From a virus, in IMG/VR virus record IMGVR_UViG_3300025889_000092, positions 1 to 64,000 of that record: a DNA stretch of 64,000 nucleotides; one strand, written 5' to 3'. The stretch's first letter is position 1. Every line of letters begins with the position of its first letter. The notes beneath the pieces were generated by a model. It was not told the DNA's origin. It searched no databases and worked only from the letters and a program-made list of their open reading frames with translations. Both the position numbers and the translations under genes were made by a program. Shown here in pieces: positions 35,416-43,393 of this stretch.

Positions 35416-36057
35416 ATGTCCGTTCCGCCAATTGACTGGGGCAAAGTTTTAACACCCGCCGCGACCAGTCTTGGCACAGGGCTTGGCGGATTTCTCGGAG
35501 GCAAACTTGGACAGGCTGTTGGCCTGACTCCTACCAGCTATCAAAGTGGGGTCACCCAAACAGCGATCAACGATCAAATAGAAAATATCAAAAAGTTAAC
35601 CGAAGAAATCCAAGCTCGCGCTGAGTACTATCGCGGTTTGGGTGAGCAGGCAACCGCAGACCTCGGAAAGATTTCAGGGATTTCAATTCCTGAGTACCGC
35701 ACATCGGCGCTTGATCAATTTAATCAAGGTGTGGCCGCTGAACGAGCCCTGGGTCAAAGCACCCTGCAAAATTACGACCCCAATCTCTTACGTTCTGCAG
35801 CCGGTGGACGTTTTCGGTCTGCGCTCTCCTCTTCGGCTGATGACTACCGAAGGGCTATCGGATCTTTAAGTAGCGAAGGATCCCAACGCTTTTTAACCGC
35901 AGCAACCGCTGTTCCCGTAGCAGCATTCAAGTCGATAGCCGACGATCGAGATTTCAATAATCTCCTCAATCCGGAATTCATGTCTCAAGCCACGAACCCC
36001 ATGACCGTTAGTATGGATCTAACTAAATACAAGCCCTACATGACATATAATGTCTGA
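35416..36057 (+). CDS. putative ejection/internal virion protein
   Basis: Gly-zipper N-terminus (LGTGLGGFLGGKLG), coiled coil. Confidence 0.55.
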   Translation: MSVPPIDWGKVLTPAATSLGTGLGGFLGGKLGQAVGLTPTSYQSGVTQTAINDQIENIKKLTEEIQARAEYYRGLGEQATADLGKISGISIPEYRTSALDQFNQGVAAERALGQSTLQNYDPNLLRSAAGGRFRSALSSSADDYRRAIGSLSSEGSQRFLTAATAVPVAAFKSIADDRDFNNLLNPEFMSQATNPMTVSMDLTKYKPYMTYNV

Positions 36058-36355
36058 TCAGATTAGGGAACTTCCTCACGAAAGGAAACTTAGGTTTCAT
36101 GGTGAGGCAGGTTTTGCTAAACATACTTATAGATTTCGCTCTAGACCCGACATCCGGTTTGCTGGAAAAGTTTGGTCTGAGAGTGAATTAGATAGGAGTC
36201 GTCGTCTAGCTCGCACACGCGACACTCGAAAGATGACGGAAACCCCCGTGGGACCAGGGTTTGGTACTAGAGATAATGTCGAGCCGGATAACACACCTGC
36301 ATCGGTTGAGTTTCTCAACAAAAAACTCGACCAAATGAGCTATAAAGATCGATAA
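36050..36355 (+). CDS. hypothetical protein
   Basis: 101 aa, overlaps the upstream stop. Confidence 0.6.
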   Translation: MSDQIRELPHERKLRFHGEAGFAKHTYRFRSRPDIRFAGKVWSESELDRSRRLARTRDTRKMTETPVGPGFGTRDNVEPDNTPASVEFLNKKLDQMSYKDR

Positions 36356-36893
36356 AATCTCCGATCCTCTTGTCTGTATTTAAGGAAGATGGAAAGTAAT
36401 ACACAAAACCAAAACATCTTGTTCTACCAAGTTTTGGTAAACCTGGAGCATCTATAAACAGCTCAGGTCTTTCTTTTGCGATACACAAAGGAAGGTCTAA
36501 ACCTATTTTCTGAGTAGTCAAAAGAGCTACTTCGGAAGAAGTTAAAAATACGATTGCTTCGTCAAACTCGTTTTTTCTATATTTGGACAGGCAAGTTTCT
36601 AACCAAACTCGCTGAGCAGATCTATGAAATCTTTTTCTCTTTTTAAATATGTAAGGATCTTTTGGTTGTTCGTCATTATTTAGAAAATCGCGTGGGGGAT
36701 AGAGGTAAACAGACTTACCTTTCCAATTCTGTCTAAGTCCGTCTGTTTCTCGGGTAAAAAATCTATTGGCATTTATAAGCGTATTTGCTCGTTCACTTGA
36801 TGCGGGATCGAGATCGATTTCACCTCCGAAAAAGGAAGTCGTCAAACCTATGAGTTCCGGAGGTGAAACAAAATCAATCTGAGCTAGCGGCAT
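36315..36893 (-). CDS. phage N6-adenine methyltransferase-like protein with degenerate motif IV
   Basis: IDLDPAS..AN....A..FFT...DGL.Q.W.G.VYLYPP; NPPY replaced by YPPR. Confidence 0.75.
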   Translation of the reverse strand: MPLAQIDFVSPPELIGLTTSFFGGEIDLDPASSERANTLINANRFFTRETDGLRQNWKGKSVYLYPPRDFLNNDEQPKDPYIFKKRKRFHRSAQRVWLETCLSKYRKNEFDEAIVFLTSSEVALLTTQKIGLDLPLCIAKERPELFIDAPGLPKLGRTRCFGFVYYFPSSLNTDKRIGDFIDLYSSFGRVFC

Positions 36894-37296
36894 CAGAGGT
36901 TTTATTCAAAAGTTCGTCAGCGGCATCGAGATCAATTAGGTGGACACTCATGCCTTTCTGATCGACCATAACAACGATAGGTTTATTGTTATCGCCTTCC
37001 TTGTCGACTACTGAAAGAAGTTTACGTAAAAATGCTGCGAGATCTTCATCCATTATCTCCTCAGCCAGTGCGATATCCGTTTGGATATCAGTGACGCTCA
37101 TGTATTGACTGTAGTCAGGGTTAGAAGGATTAAAAAATAAGGCTCCTTTACCCTCAGCTTTTTTAAACTCATCGTAGAGCGTAACAATATCACCGATAAT
37201 CATTTTCACGGTGTTGAGCGCGATTCGATTTTGAACCTCGCTCTTACCAAACAATTTCTTGGCTAAGCCAGAAGCAGTGTTCTTGAAACTACCCAT
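36874..37296 (-). CDS. hypothetical protein
   Basis: 140 aa, operon packing. Confidence 0.7.
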   Translation of the reverse strand: MGSFKNTASGLAKKLFGKSEVQNRIALNTVKMIIGDIVTLYDEFKKAEGKGALFFNPSNPDYSQYMSVTDIQTDIALAEEIMDEDLAAFLRKLLSVVDKEGDNNKPIVVMVDQKGMSVHLIDLDAADELLNKTSDAASSD

Positions 37297-37606
37297 TGCA
37301 ATACCCTGAGAAAGAATTCCATGCGTCGCTTAGCACTTTAGCTGAATCAAAAAGAAAATTTGAGATGTTGGTTTCCGCCGGGTCTAATTTGCAGTAATGC
37401 CTACCCTCAACCAGACCGGACTCCCCTTTTGATGTAATACCTTGGTAAACGAGTTTATCTATGACAACAGGTTGCACACCAAGACGCGCAGCTACTGTTT
37501 TTTTGTTTACGAACGCTGTGGTGACCCCGCCAGACGAAGAGTTGGCAATGATCATCAAACTTGCGTCAATGTTCCTCAAAATTTGAAGTAAATCTTTGGT
37601 CAACAT
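37289..37606 (-). CDS. putative HTH/Xis-like DNA-binding protein
   Basis: VAARLGV....I......L.EGRHY; start at MLTKD. Confidence 0.6.
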   Translation of the reverse strand: MLTKDLLQILRNIDASLMIIANSSSGGVTTAFVNKKTVAARLGVQPVVIDKLVYQGITSKGESGLVEGRHYCKLDPAETNISNFLFDSAKVLSDAWNSFSGYCNG

Positions 37607-37620
37607 GTTTAAGATTGTTA

Positions 37621-37728
37621 AAAAATGAGGGGCTGCCCCGGCACCTGATATCAGGCACAGGGGTTCAGTTACCACGATCAGGAAATGGCGAAAACTGATC
37701 GTACCCCGGAGGTTACTGGCACAGGGCC
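37621..37728 (-). ncRNA. candidate cis-regulatory structured RNA
   Basis: GC-rich intergenic island with several stems and a U-tract. Confidence 0.35.
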
Positions 37729-37755
37729 ATTCTTACAAGTACCAGCGATGTAATT

Positions 37756-38178
37756 TTAGGGTTGTTTAAGCCAATCTGAGTCAGATAAGTCGCTGAGTTT
37801 AGTGTTTTTTCGATTAAAACCAGAGCGAACGGTCTTTGAAATAGCCGGTTGCTCGAATCTTGACCTTAGATGTGCTGGATTTACGCAGCCGATAGTTCCG
37901 CATATCCTTTTTACGCAGAAATTACCGATATCTGCTTTATAAAACCCATAAAAAATGTTTTCTATATTTATTTTTTTACCTTGTATTGTTATCGTTTTAT
38001 ACTCTGTCTTCCAGCACTTACACATATCCCTGTTTTGAAGGGTTAATTGTGTAAAAAGTGCCCTGAGGTCAGGAGAAATTTGATTCAGATCGGGTTCTGA
38101 AGCTCCCTCGTTTATTGACTCGAGGCACTGTTGGCAGACTGTATCGGTGTTTAAGTGATCTTTGTTCCTTAAACACAT
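37756..38178 (-). CDS. HNH-like (His-Me finger) protein, degenerate
   Basis: CW...; CGTIGCVNPAHL. Confidence 0.7.
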   Translation of the reverse strand: MCLRNKDHLNTDTVCQQCLESINEGASEPDLNQISPDLRALFTQLTLQNRDMCKCWKTEYKTITIQGKKINIENIFYGFYKADIGNFCVKRICGTIGCVNPAHLRSRFEQPAISKTVRSGFNRKNTKLSDLSDSDWLKQP

Positions 38179-38181
38179 GAC

Positions 38182-38607
38182 TCAAAGATCATTGAGTATG
38201 CACTCAAGTTTAGGAACGAAATCACTAGGTTCCTCAACCAGAAGCTCGACAAGATCTTTAAGTTTTCCCTTCAAATCAGGGCTTTCCTTAGGGTCGTTCA
38301 AGATCCCCCAGTACTTGTAGGCGTTGAGCAGATAAAGGTGCGTTTGCTTAGCTCGGAGAGCCTGGGTTTTCCATTTTTCAAAGTCAAAACTGCTTTGATG
38401 TCGGCTACTACCGGTCTTAAGTTCAAGCTCTCGAATTTCAATTTGAAGCTCAATGTCCCGAATCGTGTATTCGATAGAAGAGATCTTGGCTTTGCACTCA
38501 GCGATGTTGTTGGGTTCCTCGGAATCGGAATAAATCCAGGGAGGAAGATTGTCGATGATGTACTTCTTATCCCAGAGACAGGGTTTTTGTTCCGGCGTGG
38601 AAATCAT
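38182..38607 (-). CDS. coiled-coil hypothetical protein
   Basis: 141 aa, operon packing. Confidence 0.7.
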   Translation of the reverse strand: MISTPEQKPCLWDKKYIIDNLPPWIYSDSEEPNNIAECKAKISSIEYTIRDIELQIEIRELELKTGSSRHQSSFDFEKWKTQALRAKQTHLYLLNAYKYWGILNDPKESPDLKGKLKDLVELLVEEPSDFVPKLECILNDL

Positions 38608-38825
38608 GAGCTCAAAATGGAGTGAATTAATGCGTTGTAATTGCCGTCGATCACATAAAGAACATGTGACTCAAAGCTTACCCTAACGATCAGCTTGTAC
38701 TTTCTTAGCTGTTTTAAGTCCCGTAAGAGTTTTTGTTTTGACAGTCCTAACTCATCGAGGATTTCTTTAAGGGATAACGGCTGCCGACATAGTAACAGAT
38801 AAATTAAATTCGAGTGATGGCTCAC
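38604..38825 (-). CDS. winged-HTH (ArsR/MarR-like) protein
   Basis: IY.LL...PLS..EI...LGLSK..L.R.L..L....LI; GTG start inferred at the GTGA overlap. Confidence 0.65.
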   Translation of the reverse strand: MSHHSNLIYLLLCRQPLSLKEILDELGLSKQKLLRDLKQLRKYKLIVRVSFESHVLYVIDGNYNALIHSILSS

Positions 38826-39526
38826 ACAAGCACTGATTTTTTTAAATTCGTAATTGTTCGTAGAGAAAGCTGACAATTGTACTTCGCTTCGAGGAGCAGT
38901 TGAATCGTCTTGTTTGAAAACTTCTTGGTAAGCCATAGACGAACATCCTCCTTCATTTGAGGGGTAACTTTGGTTGCGGGACTCAGGGTCCGCATCATGT
39001 GATACGGATTGACACAGTCTTCACATCCGCAGGTTGGCAGCACCTTGTCCCTGGTCGCCAACTCAATGTCATAAAACTTTGAGAAAACGAATCTTCTCGG
39101 GCGCATGATCGTCCCATCCCTGTCGACAAGACGTTGAAACTGCTTAGGAAGAAACAAGTGGTCCTGAGCGTTTACGCGAATCCTGTTTTGGGCCAGCCAA
39201 GCGGAAACCTGATCGGAGGGGCTTCTGGCGTCTCGGTCTTCTTGGATGCAGGTCGGGCATGCGAAGCGCCCGGAAACCCTGTGGGAACGCGCCAGGTCTT
39301 CAGTGGCTACCCATTCAGGGTCTGAGCGACCGCACGAGCAAGTCAGCCGGGCATACGAACCGAAGTCTTCAACGGTGTAAGCGTCGAGCTTGTACGTGTT
39401 TTCTGGGTCTCCGTCGGGTTTTTGGGCTGTTAAAGGCGTCTGAACGACAAGTCCAAAGACGGAAACCAACACAGGGTTGGTCACGATGTGATCTGGATTG
39501 ACATGTTGATCACAGAAGGATAGCAC
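38822..39526 (-). CDS. zinc-ribbon plus HNH-like plus HTH protein
   Basis: CSCG...CPTC, CGCEDCVNPYHM, C-terminal LSLRTI. Confidence 0.7.
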   Translation of the reverse strand: MLSFCDQHVNPDHIVTNPVLVSVFGLVVQTPLTAQKPDGDPENTYKLDAYTVEDFGSYARLTCSCGRSDPEWVATEDLARSHRVSGRFACPTCIQEDRDARSPSDQVSAWLAQNRIRVNAQDHLFLPKQFQRLVDRDGTIMRPRRFVFSKFYDIELATRDKVLPTCGCEDCVNPYHMMRTLSPATKVTPQMKEDVRLWLTKKFSNKTIQLLLEAKYNCQLSLRTITNLKKSVLV

Positions 39527-39847
39527 GGTCCGCTTTGCCCTTGGACTTAGTTTTTCTATTCAATGGTTTTCTTAACGAAATTTGCGTGTCGCTTGTGTCT
39601 CACTCGGTCTGAGCCCCATAGCTACCGCAAAAAGACGGAACTTTTGTTTTTGCTCATAGTATTATATAAATTAATTTTAAATACGTTTACAGAATCCAAT
39701 TCTAAGGAACTTCTCGTTAAGCCCCGGTTCCACAGAACTTTTTTTGCTGCGAAGGGTAAGCGAGGGAAGCACCGTGGTAACACGATCTACAGATTTTCTT
39801 TGGCAAACAGGTATTATGGAATCATTAAGCACTCTGGCTGAGCCCCA

Positions 39848-40003
39848 ATGGTTACCGTGCATCCTGCAACCTCGGAGTCTCCTGAAGTCGAGTATTGGCA
39901 AGAGTGTCGGCGACGTGCTCAAGAGCTGAACATCCCCGCCTGGCAGCTTGCGGAGTCTGAGTGGCATCACGAGCTACTAGACAACTCCAAGCGCAATCAA
40001 TAA
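39848..40003 (+). CDS. small hypothetical protein (51 aa, not in ORF track)
   Basis: MVTVHPATSESPEVEYWQECRRRAQELNIPAWQLAE... Confidence 0.55.
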   Translation: MVTVHPATSESPEVEYWQECRRRAQELNIPAWQLAESEWHHELLDNSKRNQ

Positions 40004-40031
40004 CATCTAGGGGATTTCACATGAACTTCTC

Positions 40032-40376
40032 GTGAAGACCGAGCACTCTGAAGAATTGTTTCAAGATCGTTTTGTTCAGATGTACGAGATGTACCTCGAT
40101 GGGGACTCGTACGAAAAGATCGGGAAGCGTTTCAAGCTCAGTAGAGAGCGTGTTCGTCAGATACTTAAAAACCGGAGCTCAGAGGACGAATACGAACAAA
40201 TAAGAAAAAGAATCTTGAGCAAACGTGTAAACACTTGGCAAGTTAAAGAAATAGCTAACCTCATTAAAACGGGTCATTCCTGTCGTCAGATCGCTGAAGT
40301 TTTAGGTTGCAGCGTTGACTGTGTTAAACGGATTTCGTCGAAGTACAAATTTCAAGAGTTACGAAAAGTAAGCTAA
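40032..40376 (+). CDS. sigma-70 region 4-like tandem HTH protein
   Basis: SYEKIGKRFKLSRERVRQI and S.RQIAEVLGCS...V. Confidence 0.8.
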   Translation: MKTEHSEELFQDRFVQMYEMYLDGDSYEKIGKRFKLSRERVRQILKNRSSEDEYEQIRKRILSKRVNTWQVKEIANLIKTGHSCRQIAEVLGCSVDCVKRISSKYKFQELRKVS

Positions 40377-40416
40377 TATTTAGTAAGGAGGGCCGTATTT
40401 ACAAAGAGCATAATAG

Positions 40417-41250
40417 ATGCCCGCGTGCCCGCATTATCCCAGTCGACACAGTTTACACACTCCTAATTTTGGAGGCGCTATTGCAGCGCTTGTAGAATGT
40501 ATCAATACGATTAGCGGCGTGGGAACTACATCCTTTACGATTGACCCCTCGGGTTACGCCGCGAATTTCGAGGGTTTAGTTCAGGTTATTGAGGATTTGA
40601 ACTTCACCATGAGCGGTATTACCGCTGGAGGTGGAGGAGGCTCTTATAACGCAGGTTCTGGTTTATATCTAACAGGTGGCGACACCTTTAACGTTAACTT
40701 TGAAACTGTTTACCAGGAAGTTGTTTCTGGTCACTTCTTTGCTGAAGCTGATCTCGCTGTAACTTTCAGCGGTAACAATGTCGTTTATAGCGGCAGCCAA
40801 GGCGGCGGCGGTGGCGGCGGAGGAGGAGGCGCAACTGTCGGAACCAGTCCTGGTGTTGGCTTTACCGACGGTTCGCTTTGGTTTGATACTAATGAAGGCC
40901 GTCTCTTCGTTTACGCGTCTGGCGCTTCGGTCTCCGACCCAGATTGGTACCAAACTAACGCTGAAGCTCTTGCCTACAAGTCTGAAGAACCACCTTCCGG
41001 CGCTGGTTACAACGCGCCGCCGCGTGATGGCTCACTGTGGTTTAACACTTTAATAGGTAACCTGTTTGTATACGATGCCGTTTCGAGTGGGTGGTATGAA
41101 GCTGGTCCTTCTCGATCTTTCGCTTACGGTGCTGCTGCTCCCGCTCCCACTGTTGAAGGAGCAGGTTGGTTGGATTCGACTGTTAATCGTTTGAAGATCT
41201 GGAACGGAACCTCTTGGGCAGATATTGATATTGACGGAGGTGTCGTTTAA
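40417..41250 (+). CDS. tail fibre/spike-associated protein
   Basis: Repeated G.LWF.T..G.LFVY.....W modules, poly-Gly linkers. Confidence 0.75.
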   Translation: MPACPHYPSRHSLHTPNFGGAIAALVECINTISGVGTTSFTIDPSGYAANFEGLVQVIEDLNFTMSGITAGGGGGSYNAGSGLYLTGGDTFNVNFETVYQEVVSGHFFAEADLAVTFSGNNVVYSGSQGGGGGGGGGGATVGTSPGVGFTDGSLWFDTNEGRLFVYASGASVSDPDWYQTNAEALAYKSEEPPSGAGYNAPPRDGSLWFNTLIGNLFVYDAVSSGWYEAGPSRSFAYGAAAPAPTVEGAGWLDSTVNRLKIWNGTSWADIDIDGGVV

Positions 41251-41954
41251 TGGCTAATTATCAACGTTTAAAGCGGACTACTTCTACTGTCCAAACAGGC
41301 GATCCTGCTGTTGGAGAGCTGATTGTTAATACTCCCTCCGGTTATGTATATACGACTAGGGATGATGGTGCTCTTGTTTTACTAAATAACGGCATTCCTG
41401 GTCCGATTGGCCCGAGCGGCGTGGTCGGGCCGTCCGGTGCAGTCGGTCCTAGCGGCGTTATAGGTCCAAGTGGAGCCATCGGACCTGCAGGTAGTGGACT
41501 CATACCGTATTACGGCTCTTTTTACAGCAATGCAAACCAGACAAACGCATCTGGTACTGCTGTAAATCATATGACGTACAACAATACAGCTGAGGTTAAC
41601 GGAGTTTCCGTTGCTTCTGGCTATATTGTCCAGGTAGCTAATTCGGGTGTTTATAACGTCAAATTCACCGCTCAGATCCAGAAGTCGAATGCCAGTTCCG
41701 AAGATATACAGATTTGGATTGCGAAAAATAACGTCAATGTTGCTGACTCCAACACGAGTTTGACGATACAGGGGTCAAACAACCGAATCGTTGCAGCGTG
41801 GGGTTGGTTTATTGCTTTAGATCGTAACGAACATGTGGACCTCCGTTGGCATTCAACAGATACTTCAATGTTCTTATTAGCTTCTGGCGCTAATAATTTA
41901 CCTACAAGACCCGCTATTCCTTCTGTTAGTTTAACAGTTAATAGAGTTGGTTGA
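41250..41954 (+). CDS. collagen-repeat fibre protein with C1q/TNF-like head
   Basis: About 12 G-X-Y triplets followed by YGSFYS...SGVYNVKF.AQ beta domain. Confidence 0.8.
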   Translation: MANYQRLKRTTSTVQTGDPAVGELIVNTPSGYVYTTRDDGALVLLNNGIPGPIGPSGVVGPSGAVGPSGVIGPSGAIGPAGSGLIPYYGSFYSNANQTNASGTAVNHMTYNNTAEVNGVSVASGYIVQVANSGVYNVKFTAQIQKSNASSEDIQIWIAKNNVNVADSNTSLTIQGSNNRIVAAWGWFIALDRNEHVDLRWHSTDTSMFLLASGANNLPTRPAIPSVSLTVNRVG

Positions 41955-41998
41955 CACGCACGGTTTGACCCGTATACTTGGTCCGCTTCACCCTCCTT

Positions 41999-42121
41999 AT
42001 GGCCAAACCCAAGTCCACTCTTAACAAAATTGAGTCCAAGCCTAAGAAGACCCGTCAAGGAGACGGTCAGCACTCAAAGGCTTCTCATGGAAGGAAAAAA
42101 TATCGCGGACAGGGAAAATAA
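41999..42121 (+). CDS. small basic phage protein (40 aa, not in ORF track)
   Basis: KPKKTRQG.G.HSK....RKKYRGQGK. Confidence 0.75.
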   Translation: MAKPKSTLNKIESKPKKTRQGDGQHSKASHGRKKYRGQGK

Positions 42122-42152
42122 AAGTAGAATTAAAATAGTAAATACCCCGTAA

Positions 42153-42638
42153 ATGTCTTTTGCCACATTTTTGGCGGGGGAGACTTTAAGCCCCGGCGAT
42201 CCCGTTGCTCTCACAAGTGGTGGAGTCGTTTATAAGTGCTGTGCTGTCGACCCCAACACCCACTTTTTAGCTGGTGTTTGTTTAGAAAGCGGCACAGCTA
42301 ACGGTCAAGTCCGCGTGGGAACGGATAACGCCGGGAGCATTTATTCTGGTTTGACTCCAGGTTATCCCTATTATGTTGGTTTAGCTTCGGGTACTTTAGT
42401 TAATAGTTACGATCAATTTATTACCGATTTGGGTAACACTGGATATGGAAGTGCAGTACTTAATTACGTTGGTCGAGCTATTACTAGTTCGCGCATTTCT
42501 GTTGAGCGTTCCAATCCAATTACTATTACAAATCCGACAGCGGGAAGTTTCTTACTAGAGTCTTCTGTCAGTATTGTGACCCCATTTTTCATTCTTCAAG
42601 AAGATGGGTCTAAAATTACCTTAGAAGGTGCTTCCTAA
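42153..42638 (+). CDS. putative virion structural (cement/RecA-like fold) protein
   Basis: AGE.L..GD.V...G...GLTPG..YYV...G.L....VGRA; paralogous to 47493-48002. Confidence 0.65.
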   Translation: MSFATFLAGETLSPGDPVALTSGGVVYKCCAVDPNTHFLAGVCLESGTANGQVRVGTDNAGSIYSGLTPGYPYYVGLASGTLVNSYDQFITDLGNTGYGSAVLNYVGRAITSSRISVERSNPITITNPTAGSFLLESSVSIVTPFFILQEDGSKITLEGAS

Positions 42639-43390
42639 TGGCTAACGAGAAGATTTCGCAATTTACACCACTAACTACGTTAGCCAGTGGTGACTATTTA
42701 CCTATTATCGACATTTCTGAACCCGCTGCTGCGGATCAGAACAAACGAGTTGGCATTGATATTCTTGACGGTCGGTATTATGCCGCAGCTAGTGGGGATG
42801 CCGCACTAACCTTAGCTGTTTCCGCTCAAGCTTCAGGTAACGCCGCACTTGTTGATGCAGCAGTTGCGTCTGTTGCTCTCGCTTCCGGTAACGCCGCACT
42901 TGTTGATGCAGCAGTTGCGTCTGTTGCTCTCGCTTCCGGTAACGCTGCTCTTGTAGATGCTGCTACCGCTCAAGCTTCAGGTAACGCAGCTTTAACTGAC
43001 CTTAGCGGCAAGTACGACAAGACCGGTGGTCCTATCTCGGGTCCCGTAACCGTTCAGTCTCAGTCGATCGGTACGATCTCGACCTCGACTGTCTCTGGTG
43101 TCATATTCCTCGATTTCGGCAGCGGTAATAATTTTGATATCACCCTTAACGACGCTAACAACACTCTGGCGGCTCCTACCAGCGCCAGTGGCGGTCAGAC
43201 TGGTCAGATCGTTATCCGCCAAGACGGCGGGGGGAGTCGATTACTAAGTTACAGCGGCGGTTGGCAGTTTACCGGCGGTTCAGCACCTACCCTTTCGACT
43301 GCTGCTGGGTCTACCGATGCACTTACTTATTACTGCGCATCTTCTTCGGGCTTCTTAGCTATTCTTACCGCAAACTTCCAGGGAGTTTGA
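42638..43390 (+). CDS. tail fibre protein with ASGNAAL repeats
   Basis: N.KISQ.T.L N-terminus; YDKTGG.ISG; C-terminal I.QDG.GSR.LS....W.F.GG.AP.LST.A...D.L module. Confidence 0.8.
   Translation: MANEKISQFTPLTTLASGDYLPIIDISEPAAADQNKRVGIDILDGRYYAAASGDAALTLAVSAQASGNAALVDAAVASVALASGNAALVDAAVASVALASGNAALVDAATAQASGNAALTDLSGKYDKTGGPISGPVTVQSQSIGTISTSTVSGVIFLDFGSGNNFDITLNDANNTLAAPTSASGGQTGQIVIRQDGGGSRLLSYSGGWQFTGGSAPTLSTAAGSTDALTYYCASSSGFLAILTANFQGV
42836..42937 (+). repeat. exact 51-nt tandem duplication
   Basis: GGTAACGCCGCACTTGTTGATGCAGCAGTTGCGTCTGTTGCTCTCGCTTCC x2. Confidence 0.9.
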
Positions 43391-43393
43391 TAG

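Noticed and set aside
37621-37728. HDV-like, pistol or SRP RNA identity for the intergenic element
   Set aside because: Fragments resemble them (ACCUCC..GGU, AUCAGGUGC), but the required pseudoknot pairings and the SRP core motif are missing.
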